From Squalus acanthias (Eukaryota), in assembly GCA_030390025.1 (NCBI GenBank), contig CM059433.1:8682001-8746000 (forward strand): a stretch of DNA of 64,000 nucleotides, written 5' to 3'. The notes under the pieces were generated by a model, which worked only from the letters and a program-made list of their open reading frames with translations, made no database searches and was not told the origin of the DNA. Numbering within the stretch: the stretch's first letter is position 1; each line of letters starts with the position of its first letter. Shown in pieces: positions 12,560-24,502 of the stretch. A program made the translations under genes and the position numbers.

Positions 12560-12988
12560 CTTTTCTTTCCTCGGAGAGCAGTGAGCCACATTGTGGGCTG
12601 ATGTGGTGGGTGCTGACTCTCTGTACTCCTTCAAGAGAGAGCTGGATATGTTCTTGGCTGGGGCAGAGATCGCATCGTGTAAGGGGTAAGTGGTTTTAGA
12701 GATAACACATGGTTCCTGCAATCTCCTGGATTAGTTTCAATTGCTGGCGGGAGTCAGAGAGAAATTTTCCAGAATATTTATTCCCTTAATGGCCCTGGGT
12801 TTTTAATCTGTTTCTTTGCCTCTCCCAGGAGATTACATGGCTGTGGCTATGGGGGGGTGTGCGGTGGGTGGTGATGGGGTGGGGGGATGGAGAAAGATTC
12901 TAGTCATGACGCTCCAGCCATCATGAGAGTGGGGCAGGCTTGATGGTCCAGCTGGTCTATTCCTGCCCATCAATTTTGTATGTTCGTA
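12560..12988 (+). mobile_element. Old CR1-type 3' end and UTR
   Basis: Degenerate ORF2 end (TCCTTCAAGAGAGAGCTGGAT); 12680-12988 is homologous to 16005-16340. Confidence 0.6.
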
Positions 12989-14094
12989 ATATCATCGCGT
13001 GAAACATACTAAGGTGAAAAATCTTTATTAAAAAAATGATAAACAGCTTGCAATGAATAGAAAGAAGCAGCGAGAGGGGAAAATCGGAGGTGAAAAATGA
13101 GTATTAATACATTCCCTTTATTAATACAATAAAAATGAACGTCATGTTATTTTTGTTCCAGTTACTTTTCCCTCAGAGGTGCAACATTTACCAGTTATAA
13201 TGAGCCAAGCAAGGTTTGAAGACTCCACACAAACATAAGAAGCAATCCGATGTTCTATAAATAACATAAACAACATAAATAACACTAGATTGAGCAATCA
13301 GGATACGCTGCACAGAGTGTGCCCCAATGCAATGTTTCCTGGTATAAAAAAAGGGTTTATTTGCTCCTGTGGGAAAAAATTGCTCTTTTCTGTACAACGG
13401 CTGGGTTGTCTACAATCACTCTACAGATTTTAAAAATCGCAGCTCTGTTGGATTCTTGTTTTATGGTGCGTTAACAGACGCTACAAATAAATCTCCCCCC
13501 CCCCCACTCCTGAAAATTTGCCCAAATTATTTGCCCGTTCTGATATTAAGAATGGATTGAGGGTATGTCGAAAAAAAACTTCTTTTAAGTCCACTTGGTT
13601 TTCCTAATTCTAGTTATGGTTTGCTTACTTTAATGATGGTATGAAGTTTGAAGGGCATTTGCACTCCGTCACTGTTTGCTGTGGGGCTGGAGTACCAGTG
13701 GTGGGGGGGGGGGTGGCCAAGGAAACAGGGGAGGAGACGTTTCACCTGGTTTGTACTGGTTTGCACTAGGCCTGACTTTTCTAACCCGTGTGCACCCAAG
13801 GGCACAAGCACGAGCCTCATTAGAGCTTTCAGTTTGAGGACGTGTTAAGGTTGCGTCCTGGGAACTCTGATGAGTTGCAGCCTCAGGGCGAGGCCAGCGC
13901 TGCGTGCCTTCAAAAAGTTCAAGCAAAGGCTCCCCTTCTGCAGCCACTACAGGTAGTTTTAAAGCTGTGTAACTAAATCTTTTTGCAGTTAATTGGCAGA
14001 GCATTTTTTTTTTTTAGCCGATTTTTCCAATCTTAGTATTGCACTTTCCTTGGCTCTTTGTGGTTTTTCTTCCCCCGATTGGAAATTGGATCTT

Positions 14095-14331
14095 TTTAAA
14101 AATTAATTATGGGATGTGGGCGTCGCTGGCAAGGCCAGCAATTTTTGCCCATCCCTAATTGCCCCTTGAGAAGGTGATGGTGAGCCGCCTTCTCGAACCA
14201 CTGCAGTCCGTGTGGTGATGGTGCTCCCACAGTGCTGTTAGGGAGGGAGTTCCAGGATTTTGACCCAGCGACGATGAAAAAACGGCCGACATACTTCTAA
14301 GTCAGGATGGTGTGTGACTTGGAGGGGAACT
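14095..14331 (-). mobile_element. LINE-B 3' fragment
   Basis: Matches 2520-2745. Confidence 0.88.
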
Positions 14332-14370
14332 CATTCAATAGTTGTCTTTTTTTGACATTTGGATCTGAGG

Positions 14371-14687
14371 TAGGGTCGCCAACCCTCCATGATTGTCCTG
14401 GAGTCTCAAGGAATTGATGATTAATCTCCAGGAGACCGCCAGGAGCAAACACCCAGGAGAAAAATCTTAGGGTCACAAACAAAATTGTGTTTTTGTCATT
14501 TTCTTTGAACATTTTCATTATAAAAATAATGGAGATTGGGAAATTAAAGGCTGTTTCACTAACAGTCAAGATTAATCCAATTGGGGGACGAGTCTGTTCC
14601 TTTTCCAATTGCTGTGGGCAGGTACCAAGGTGGGAGGTCATGTCATAATACCTCCAGGAATACACCCAACCAGCGTTGGCAAGCCTC
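14371..14687. mobile_element. hAT-type non-autonomous DNA transposon
   Basis: TIR TAGGGTCGCCAAC / GTTGGCAAGCCTC; 8-bp TSD ATCTGAGG (14363-14370) / ATCTGAAG (14688-14695). Confidence 0.78.
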
Positions 14688-14832
14688 ATCTGAAGCCAGG
14701 AAATTCCTCAAAGCTGCTCCTGCTCCGCCAGCGTTACTTCACCGGAGGTGTGGCAGAAACCTCGTTTGTGCATGTAAATGGACACGCACACACATACAGA
14801 CACACACAGACAAAGGGACCAATTTTCCTCTC

Positions 14833-15198
14833 CGATGCACAGGGCGAAGTAGAGGAAAAGTTGTCATGACACCTATGGCAGTAATCACTATCTCCTTTAT
14901 TTATAAATCCCTGGGATTTCCGGTGCTTTCCCCGAGTAGGAGTGGAACGCTCGCTGGTACAACAGGAGCAGGCAAAGGGCAGCTGTGAAGATGAGACAGG
15001 AAGGGGTTCTCTTGGTTCTTTGGTATCATTTTTCTCCAAGTATGCTGGAAGAGGGCCCGTTTTGAAGGGCGTCAAAAGAAGTTAATGGCTGGCATTGTGA
15101 TTGGGAAAGCACCGGAAATCCCAGGGCAACATAAAGGAGATAGCGATTACTGTCATAGGTGGCTTGACAACATTTCCTCTTCTTTGCCCTGTGTGTCG
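14833..15198. repeat. Foldback element with about 100-bp inverted arms
   Basis: 14833-14932 is the imperfect reverse complement of 15103-15198, e.g. CCCTGGGATTTCCGGTGCTTTCCC / GGGAAAGCACCGGAAATCCCAGGG. Confidence 0.88.
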
Positions 15199-15249
15199 TA
15201 ACCATGCAATTGCTGTACTCTGTTAGGATATATGTGCAGAACTCACTTA

Positions 15250-15465
15250 CCTTGGCAAACCCCAACAGGGTGTTGAATTTCTTCAGGAAGGATGACCTCT
15301 TTATTGCAGACACTGCATTGACTTGCTCAGGCACCTCTCCTCTGGCAGTGCTGACTCCAGCTTGCTTGAAGCGAGGCCCTCGCACCCAGAATGGTACGCC
15401 TTCATGTCGGTACCTCGCTCAGCATGACCTGCAGGGCTCTCTCGGCAAAGGCAGCTGTCCTCTAA
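15250..15465 (-). pseudogene. Decayed Harbinger Myb/SANT-like DNA-binding exon
   Basis: RTAAFAERALQVMLSEV..RRTIL, then after a frameshift EQVNAVSAIKRSSFLKKFNTLLGFAK|gtaagt. A Harbinger-like end AAAATATCAGCCC lies at about 15973-15985. Confidence 0.6.
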
Positions 15466-15695
15466 CCGGCCCCCACCCACCCACCCACCCCACACTGAAT
15501 TGGCAGACTCCTGGCTCCTCTCAGCACAATACAGACAAGAAAAAAAAGCAGAATTCAACACTTTGCAGCCAAGCGGAAGCGCAGGTGCCACTTTCAGGAA
15601 CTGCACCTGCACAGTTATAGTCCCCCCCTGGCCTCTGCACTGCCAGCTCTTGCTGAAAATCGCACTGGGGGTGCACTGCTATGTATGTGAATGGG

Positions 15696-15883
15696 GGAAA
15701 CAGCGGAAGGAGCGCCCGTCAACCCAAGCACCCCACCCACCCACCCGTCCCTTCAACCACTGTCTGCCCCACCTGTGACAGAGACTGGAGGTCCCGCATT
15801 GGACTCAGCAGTCACCTGAGAACTCATTTTTAGCGTGGAAGCTAGTCATCCTCGGTTCCGAGGGACTGCCTAAGACAGAAGAA
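15696..15883 (+). mobile_element. RTE-type LINE 3' end
   Basis: Matches the CPTCDRDC zinc-finger-like end and tail of 39801-40403. Confidence 0.85.
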
Positions 15884-16004
15884 ATGAGGGAACAGCTGAG
15901 GTCCTCTCTGTGTGTCGACAACGTGAAATGCGCCAGGCAAAAGAATAATTTTGCCACCAGTGCGCCCATAGCAAAATATCAGCCCTTTTATTACTACATC
16001 ATAT

Positions 16005-16340
16005 AGAAGGTAAGTGGATTAAATAGATAATACATGGTCCACATGATCTCCTGGGCTGGTTCCGATCACCTGAGGGGGTTGGAGTGGAATTTTCCAGTGT
16101 ATTTTTTCCCTTATTGGCCATGGGCTTTTCTCTGTTTATTTGCCTCTCCCAGCAGAATACCTAGCTTTGGGGAGTTGGGTGGCGGGGGGAGGGGGGAGGG
16201 CAGGGGTGGTAGGTGGTGGCTGGGGGGCGGTGGTGGGGCAGGAAGTGTCTAGTCATGATGCCCCAGCCATGTGTGGGACAAGCTTGATGGACCATCTGGC
16301 CTTTTCCTGCCCGTTGTTTTGGTATTTTTGTATCTTCGTA
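16005..16340 (+). mobile_element. Old CR1-type 3' UTR
   Basis: Homologous to 12680-12988. Confidence 0.55.
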
Positions 16341-16413
16341 TTATCGAGTACGGTACATGTGATGTGTATGTGCAGCCCGGTGTATTACCTACTAACGTTT
16401 GGTGCAAAGATAG

Positions 16414-17235
16414 CGGCCCGGAATTTGCGGTGGGTAAGAACAGCGAAGGAACGGCGTTCGCCGTTATTACCGCTTTGAAACTGACCGCAACTTCAGGATG
16501 TAGCGCATGCGCATCCTAACACGGAAATCCTGAAGTTGCGGAGTCATTCACTGCTCCGACACTGGCTGTGCTGTGGCCGCACCCCACCCCCCCCCACCCC
16601 CCCATCCCCGCCCCCCCCCCCAACCCCCACCCCATAGCTGGCAATCTGTGTAATCAGGAAAATCAGTGAAACTGGCGAAAACTTGGGCTTTTCTGCGGTA
16701 ATATCGCTGCTAAATACCCCATTAAAAGTTAAACCTTGCTGGATCAGGTGTAACTGGAGTTTTAACAGCGTATTGTCTGCTAAACAAAGGTTATGGCCTT
16801 GAAAAACTCATTTTAACTTTTGTGGGGTGCCAAATTTATTCATTTTAATAAAAATTACACTTTTTAAGAAACTTTGAAAAAATATATTTTTTAACAGTTT
16901 GTTTACCTTTATTTCCGGTTTACCTTTCCCCAATGTGAGAGCCCCCAATCTTTGTTTTGCTCGCTAACATTTATAAAAAGTCAGAATAAAAAGGAGCTTC
17001 TTCACTTCCTGGTTCCCTGTCTGTGAGAAGTCTGCATTGTGATTGGCTGCTTAGACAAGCTTGTTGACCTCACAGCAGCTCGCGCTATGGAATTCCCACT
17101 ACACTGCGCTGACCTCAATCGAACGCCGGAAAAGCCAAACTTCTCGCCACAGAGAGTGCGAGATCTTTGTGGAAGCTTTCTTCAGGGCCAGCGGCGAACG
17201 TCTTTGCCACGTCGCTGACCGCAAATTCCGGGCCG
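16414..17235. mobile_element. Harbinger-type MITE with perfect 18-bp TIR
   Basis: CGGCCCGGAATTTGCGGT (16414-16431) / ACCGCAAATTCCGGGCCG (17218-17235). Confidence 0.85.
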
Positions 17236-17501
17236 ATATAGTTATCTGTATTTATATATTCTACCTACGTGTCGGGGCGCTTTTGAGTTGGTGGCATTTT
17301 CAGGGTTGTATGAGTTATTGTTTAAAGCTGTTCAGCTTGTCCTGGTACCCTAGGTTGGCACGCATAAGTAAGCAGGTCACCGAGTGTCATCCTCTTGATC
17401 ACAGTGGCATATAGGTGGAGAACAGGGAGAATAATCTCTCTAAATGATAAAGGAAGGCATATTTGCAATCGCATTCCCCAAATCTGGAGAATTTCTACAC
17501 T

Positions 17502-17783
17502 ACATAGAATCATAGAAACATAGAAGATAGGAGCAGGAGTAGGCCATTCGGCCCCTCGAGCCTGCTCCGCCATTCAATGCAATCATGGCTGATCATCCAA
17601 ATTCAGTACCCTGTCCCTGCTTTCTCCCCATATCCCTTGATCCCTTTAGCCTTAAGAAATATATCCAACTCCTTCTTGAATCTATTTAATGAATTGGCCT
17701 CTACTGCCTTCTGTGGTAGAGAATTCCACAGGTTCACCACTCTCTGGGTGAAGAAATTCCTCCTCATCTCAGTCCTAAATGGC
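17502..17783 (-). mobile_element. CR1/HER1-like LINE 3' end
   Basis: Same tail and ORF2 end as 29343-30015. Confidence 0.9.
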
Positions 17784-18214
17784 AGACATTAGTCCTCATT
17801 CTTCCTCCTCACATTGGTCACAGATTTATTACCATTCTAGCCCCACCTAATTGATTTTTTTCTATTTTCATTATGCATTCTCTATTCACCAATTATTTTC
17901 CATAAAGCCTTTATCTCAATTTGCAATTTTCATCTCCAATCACGTTCTACCCAAAAAGATTTGCCCAATCGCAATGCAGCAATAAGTTCTTTGGAGAGTC
18001 AGTTGCAATGATTTTTTTCCCTACCCAATCCACCATATAATCCCTAAAAAATAAAGTTTGTAACATAATAAATACATTAAAATGTTCCCAAAAAAATCAT
18101 CAACTTGCCCGTCCTATTTTCCAATCACTTCAATCCCCCAAGCAGCTCTCAATTCGACCACCCTGGTAGACTTCATGAACATCCCTGACCTCACAGACAT
18201 CTTCCCTCAATACT

Positions 18215-18697
18215 TCAGCTGTGGCTCAGTGGGTAGCACACTCGCCTCTGAGTCAGAAGGTTGTGGGTTCACAGTCCCCACTCCAGGGACTTGAGCACAT
18301 AAAGCTAGGCTGACACTCCCAGTGCAGTGCTGAGGGAGTGCTGCACTGTCGGAGGTGCCGTCTTTCGGATGAGACGTTAAACTGAGGCCCTGTCTGCTGC
18401 TCTCAGGTGGATGTAAAAAATCCCATGGCACTATTTCGAAGAAGAGCAGGGGAGTTATCCCCGGTGTCCTGGGCCAATATTTATCCTTCAATCAACATCA
18501 CTAAAAAACAGATTATCTGGTCATTATCACATTGCTGTTTGTGGGAGCTTGCTGTGTGCAAATTGGCTGCCACATTTCCCAAATTACAACAGTGACTACA
18601 CTTCAAAAGTTCTTCATTGAATGTAAAATGCTTTCAGACGACTGGTGGTCGTGAAAGGCGCTATATAAATACAAGTCTTTCTTTCTTTCTTTCTTTC
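18215..18697 (+). mobile_element. DeuSINE, full length
   Basis: Head, core, tail and (CTTT)n end. Confidence 0.9.
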
Positions 18698-19409
18698 ACG
18701 GCCTGAAGTACTCAACCAAACAGTAGCACGAGCTCCCATTACAAATTCAGGTATAAAGAATGCAATCATACTGTGAGGTTAGTGAAACCAATAATTCAAA
18801 TGGAGCTCCCAGAATCAAGCCCACCATTAGCCTTCCCCACCCGCTCCGTTCCCCCCCCCCCCACCCCCACCATATGGCTGCTCCAATTACAGACTTACCA
18901 ATCTCTGTCGGTCTGAGCTATTTCTCCACCCTTGCACTAGCGGTCTCCTTCCTGACAGCGGGAATCCCACTGGGAGCCCACTGGGCATGTGTAATGAGCC
19001 TCAAGCCAGGAACATGGTGTGGGGCTGAGGGCATACAGAGGTGTGGGCAGAAGTAGCGCCTCCCAGCACCTCTGCCCTAAAGAGGAGAATCTCCCCCAAA
19101 ATCTCAGACATAATTCAATGTTGTCATTCTTACTGTGACAACGCCTAGAACATAGTTCTGGAGCTCTTGACCTTGCATCACAAGCTTCTCATTTTCATGT
19201 ATAAAAGTGTGGTGTCAGCGGCGGTTTACAAGATGTCATCCTACCCAACATGAGGATGGCGCAGTGTTCACATGTTTCAGCTGCTTTGCCCCTTTCCAGT
19301 TTGTCTCGGAGGTGGGAAAACTCCATAAAATGGCAGCTTCAGGAGTTAGGGTTACACTGGGGTAAAATTGAATGTTGGCAGGGGACGCAAAATGAGCGCC
19401 GGCAGATTA

Positions 19410-19843
19410 GGCCTCCCGGTGGCATAGTGGTTAGCACTGGTGCCTCACAGCGCCAGGGACCCGGGTTCGAATCTGGCCTCGGGTGACTGTCTGTGTGGAG
19501 TTTGCACATTCTCCCCGTGTCTGCGTGGGTTTCCTCCGGGTGCTCCGGTTTCCTCCCACAGTCCAAAAATGTGCGGGTTAGGTTGATTTGGCTATGATAA
19601 ATTGACCTTTAGTGTTAGGGGGGGATTAAATATGTGGGGTTACGGGGATAGGATGGGATATGTTAGGGGGAATTAAATACGTGGGGTTACGGGGGTAGGG
19701 TGGGATATGTGTACTGTGGGGATTAAAGCAGGGACAGGGTACTGGATTTGGATGATCAGCCATGATCGTATTGAATGGTGGAGCAGGCTCGACAGGCCGA
19801 ATGGCCTACTCCTGCTCCTAGTTTCTATGTTTCTATGTTTCTA
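19410..19843 (+). mobile_element. HE1-like V-SINE
   Basis: tRNA head GGTGGCATAGTGGTTAGCAC..GGTTCGAAT; V-domain TGTGTGGAGTTTGCACATTCTCCCCGTGTCTGCGTGGGTTTCCTCCGGGTGCTCCGGTTTCCTCCCACAGTCCAAA; internal duplication of about 48 bp; CR1/HER1 tail. Confidence 0.9.
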
Positions 19844-20661
19844 TTATACAACCCGCCCGATCTTACGTCCATGGGAAAGAAAACCAGGCGGGATGTAAAA
19901 CGGGCGGCCGAACTTCCACGGCCTGTTTTGCGCCCAAACCAGCCAACTCCATTAAATTCTTACTTTTATGTCAGCACAAATCTTAATTCTTGCTCTTACA
20001 GACTTGTTTAAGCGGGGAATATATTATGCAGCGTTAATTAAAGGAGGCAGAATGCTCTACTGAACATTACGGACTCGTTACCCTCTTTGATGGGTGGGAA
20101 ACAGGTTCCATCAACAGTCAACGCTCCTCCATTTGTTTTCAGAACTTCTCCCTCATTTCACATTTAAGTCACATCTTAACTTGGTGATGGCAAGTTGCCT
20201 GGATAGCGTCCTGGGAACATAAATAGTGGCATTCTTGGCTTACAGAAACCATACAAATTTGACATGATCTGGGATGAACTGAGATCACAAGCCAATGCCC
20301 AGCTACACTCCTTTTAAAAAGAGCCAACTGGAAAGGAATGATGGAACAGCTAAACCAATTCAACCTGGGGATAGTACTCGAGATAACATAAGCTGAAAAA
20401 CAAACGGGATCCTTTTAAAAACATCCTACTGAGCATGCGGGATAAGACTAGGAAGCACAGACTAAACAATTGTGACCTTACGTGCATCATCAAGACAATA
20501 TGAAGTGAAATATGTAAGAAAAACAAACTCCACGAAGGCAGTCGGGTCAAAGAGGAGAGAAACCATCGAGAAGAATACCGGAGCTTCCGAAAAAAACAGT
20601 TAAAGAGGGAGCTAGGAATGAGCCCAGCTGTGGAAAGCCAAACACAACAGCAAGATATTCA

Positions 20662-20906
20662 CACGATAGCAAAATACTGCAGATGCTGGAAATCCGAAAT
20701 AACAACAGAAAACGCTGGAAAAACTCAGCAGGCCAGGCAGCATCCGTGGAGAGAGAAACAGAGTTAACGTTTCAGGTCGAAGACCCTTCGTCAGAGCTGG
20801 AACCAGTTCTGATGAAGGGTCTTCGACCTGAAACGTTGACTCTGTTTCTCTCTCCACGGATGCTGCCTGGCCTGCTGAGTTTTTCCAGCGTTTTCTGTTG
20901 TTATTT
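20662..20906. mobile_element. Penelope-like family B palindromic insertion
   Basis: Arms 20697-20800 and 20803-20906 (104 bp, 3 mismatches by eye); TSD AGCAAGATATTCA at 20649-20661 and 20907-20919. Confidence 0.9.
20805..20841 (+). ncRNA. Minimal type I hammerhead ribozyme motif (family B); mirror copy at 20762-20798 (-)
   Basis: AGTT-CTGATGA-A-GGGTC ttc GACCT-GAAA-CG-T-T-GACT. Confidence 0.8.
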
Positions 20907-23029
20907 AGCAAGATATTCATCCAGTGTTATAACGAAGAATATTGAAAAAGAATTATGATCTCCTAAGGAAGCAAAGGCATTTGAAACTATAGATAAACTA
21001 AAAAATATGAACATACTATTAATATAATGATGATTATTCCCTGAAAGTGTTCACTGGAGGAAGCACTGTTAGCAGGGAGATTCCACAACTAATAACCACT
21101 TACAATGGAAGTCCTATACAGCCTCAAAGAACTCAAAGCCATTAAATCCCACAGATGAAAACTATATACCTAAGGGTGTTAGTTGAGATTAGGAACAAAA
21201 GGGGTGATTCTTATATCCTGCACTTTCAATGGCACACGACATTCACTAGGAGCACCGATCGGAGAATCTGATTACAATACGCACTCCCTGACCCGCATTC
21301 CCAGAGAGTATGGCTCCTCATTTGAAGCATATGATCACGGAATTACTCCGACAAAGAGTTCATGTTTGGGCTCTCTTCCAACTCTCTATTCCTGCTGACA
21401 ACAAAAAGGCTCTTTCCATAAGCAGACTCACATCGCCTCTGATCTGAAACCTAGAACCTTACACGCGACGTGAAGACATTAGTGAACCACAGGACTGACA
21501 CTGAACCTTTTATTGAGATCGCTCGCACCAGATCTAGTGTGTACTGTCCCCCAAAATCTCCGGTTCACTCTAATAGGTGGCAAACTTCGTAACGTCAAAT
21601 CATATTGTTCAGGCTAAAATTTGTAGTCAGATTTATTTACAAGAAATACAGTTACACAGAAGCGAACAAACATAGGAAATATTCAGCAATACAATACTTG
21701 ATTTAAACCATTCAGGGGAATAATACAAGGTCCAAAATCTTACTGTCCCTTTGAGAATCTTTCAACTGCATTTTTGCTGAATGTAACATCAGTGTTTCAG
21801 CATGGAAACAGCAGGCAAATGTGAAACTGAGCACATGAGATTGTTGTTCTTTCATTGCAGTGGACGTCAGCTTCTTTAAAGAACATCGCAGATTGAAGCA
21901 TTATTTTCCCACCAGGTGTGTAGATGTTGTTATTTACCAATTATATTGCCCAGGTGGATAGAGTGTGAAAAGAAGCCCCTTGACTGTTACTTTTTTGAGG
22001 GGATGGATTAGCAACTGACTTGCATATCAAGTAGCTTTGTTCCTAGAACAATGCTAGCATGTACCAGGCGCAGATGTTGAATATTTCAGGTGCCCCAGTT
22101 GCCATGAATAGTGCTGGCCAACTGCCCAGAATATATAAATTGTCCTGAAACTGAGGCGGGGTCTGGATGTATCCATGGGATGGCCCAAACTTCTGCCCCA
22201 CCCCAGATCCATCCCAAAAGCTCGCCAATAGATTTTCTGGCTCATTTACTCAGTGAATGTCTTTGAACTAGCTGAAGCGAAGGCTGACAGCAGATTCAAC
22301 ACTTACTGGCTCCCATTTCCCCCCCCCCCCCCCACCACAACCCCATCCTCCCTCCACCTGGGCACTAGTCAGGAGGAGTGCATCTGAAGTGCGCTCTACC
22401 GGGATTGAGGTCACTTATATCAGTCTGACATAGTCCAGACGCAGGCCCACCCCTTGGCAGAGCCTTGAACCCATAGACAGGGATGGAAGTCCAGTCGCTG
22501 CTGGTGGCTTCGAGGCCTTCCGAACGTTGTTCCGAAACCGCTACCAAAGAGGCCTTCAGCCCTGGTCCTTGCCCTGCTGGCACCTGTGGAAGGAAAAGAC
22601 TTAACTTGTGGCCAGTCTCCGATGGCACACAAACCCCTGAACTGAGCGAGGCTGAGTGCAAGACCAACGGCCTGCTTCTTCTGGGTGCTCATCTGAATAA
22701 ATTCCTTTGCCACATTCAGACAGGAAACTGAGGTGGGAGGCACCAGCGGGCCCCTCCTGCCTCATTAAAATGTGATTTGCATCCAGGTGCAAGCGATCCG
22801 CCCCTCCCAGGAAAACAAACCCCTGCCAATCCCTCAACAGTGCAAAAGGAGTGGAGACTGGCATCACAAGTCTCCGTCCCTTTTCCCCTCTGCTTTGCAC
22901 CCGGAAACGAAGCAGTCAGAGGCACAAAGCAGAGAAGAAGCTGACCCGCCATGTCCGGTCAACAGCGAGCAGCAAGCGACAACGCAAAGAGAATGCTGAG
23001 CACGAGTGCCAGATAGCGGAATATGAACT

Positions 23030-23670
23030 AAAGCAGAAAATGCTGCAAATGCTCAGCCGGCCTAGGCAGCGTCCGTGGAGAGAGAAACAGAGGCAGGCAG
23101 ATGACCTTTCGTCAGAACTGGAGGAAGTTAGAGATGCAACAGTGTTTTAAGCAAGTGCAGAGGCAGGGAAAGGGGGGAGGGAGGGAGAAAGAGCAAAAGG
23201 GAAGGTCCGTGATAGGGTGGAGGTCAGGAGTGTATAAATGACAAAAGGGATGATGGTGCAAGGCAAAAGGAGACGGTAATGGGACAGGTAAAGAAACAAA
23301 AGATGGCTCTAGAAGAGCTATAAATGGGAATGGCAGAATCATTACCAGCCCCTGCTGTCCAAATAAATGGGAGCAGTGGTTCTGAACTGAGGTGATTGAA
23401 CTCAAATGTTGAGACCGGAAGGTTGTGAAGTGCCTAATCGAAAGATGAGGTGCTGTTCCTCGAGTCCGTTGAGTTTCGTTGGAACAGTGTAAGAGGCCGA
23501 GGACGGGGAGTTCAAATGGCAAGAGACCAGAAAGCTCGGGGTCACGCTTGCGGACTGAACGGAGGTTGTTCCGCAGAGCGATCAGCCCATCTGCGTTAGG
23601 TCTCCCCAATGTAGAGGAGACCGCAGCGTGAGCAGCGAATAGACTATACTAAATTGAAAGAAGTCCAAGT
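23030..23670 (-). mobile_element. Penelope-like family B 3' fragment with decayed GIY-YIG endonuclease
   Basis: LRSVRKRDPEL..VLGLLHCSNETQR and frameshifted VY..YIGET and EEQHLIFRLG motifs, followed by the family B terminal repeat. Confidence 0.8.
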
Positions 23671-24061
23671 GGAGCATGAGCCCCCCCGTCCTGACGCAGT
23701 ATATGGTGCTGCGGTCAGGCCGGACCTTGCCTGCTGCACTCAGCTGGGGGTCACTGAGAGACAAGGGAAGCAGGCAAGCCCTGAAAGCAGTGCAGAGAAG
23801 GGCCAAGAGTCTGATCCCTATTGAGAGAGGACCTTATCAAGGTAGATACCTCCTCTTTAAATAGAAATATCTTTAGAGACATTTCTGAGAGGTGTGATAA
23901 GGCACGGTATAAAAATATGTCACACTTTTTCCTTCTCTTATGTGAAAGGATTAATATTTTGTAAAATTTTTTGTCATGCACCATTTTTCTCACATTTGCT
24001 TGTACACAGTCGATGTTGCACCTTATAATGCATTCATAAGGGACATAAACAGCCAACTTAC

Positions 24062-24293
24062 CATCTGGTGCTAGATTCCTCTCCAATTTCATCAATTCCA
24101 ATTTCGAGTGTGTGCTGATAAACCTGTTTGAACCATGTATTAGGTGCGTGCAAAATACAAAATGTTGTTGGCAGGCAGGCCTCCCGAGGAAGTGTAGCAG
24201 TTTTATTTCTTCGGTGACATGCTGAGACAAGATGGTGAAAGGTTGCTGACAGAGGGATAACTTCTTGGAGGATGTATAGTCTCCATTCATCGC
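24062..24293 (-). other. Candidate 232-bp exon of an unidentified transcript
   Basis: Acceptor ..ttagttttgacag|GCG and strong donor ATG|gtaagt. Two frames are open throughout, the sequence is non-repetitive, and I recognise no protein family. Confidence 0.3.
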
Positions 24294-24502
24294 CTGTCAA
24301 AACTAATGATGCAAACAGTAACACTATATATTGCTCTTGCCTTCCCTGCTCCGAGCGAATTTCAAACACCTCTCGCTGATAGAGTCGGCCTCAGTCACTT
24401 CATATATTTTTTAAGTTTGTTCTTGGGATATCAGTAGCACTGGCAAGGCAGTATTTATTGCCCACCCTTAGTTGCACTCGAGGGCGTTAAGAGTCAACCA
24501 CA

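Noticed and set aside
15251..15428. Apparent minus-strand host exon with strong donor
   Set aside because: Stops in all frames; the peptide resembles a Harbinger Myb/SANT domain.
20260..21200. Long A-rich coding-like stretch
   Set aside because: Many stops and only a faint CR1 ORF2 resemblance; probably an ancient LINE, too decayed to call.
22365..22583. Strong minus-strand acceptor (ttttccttccacag) followed by open frames
   Set aside because: No convincing donor or recognisable peptide, and it is flanked by MITE-like GC-rich pieces.
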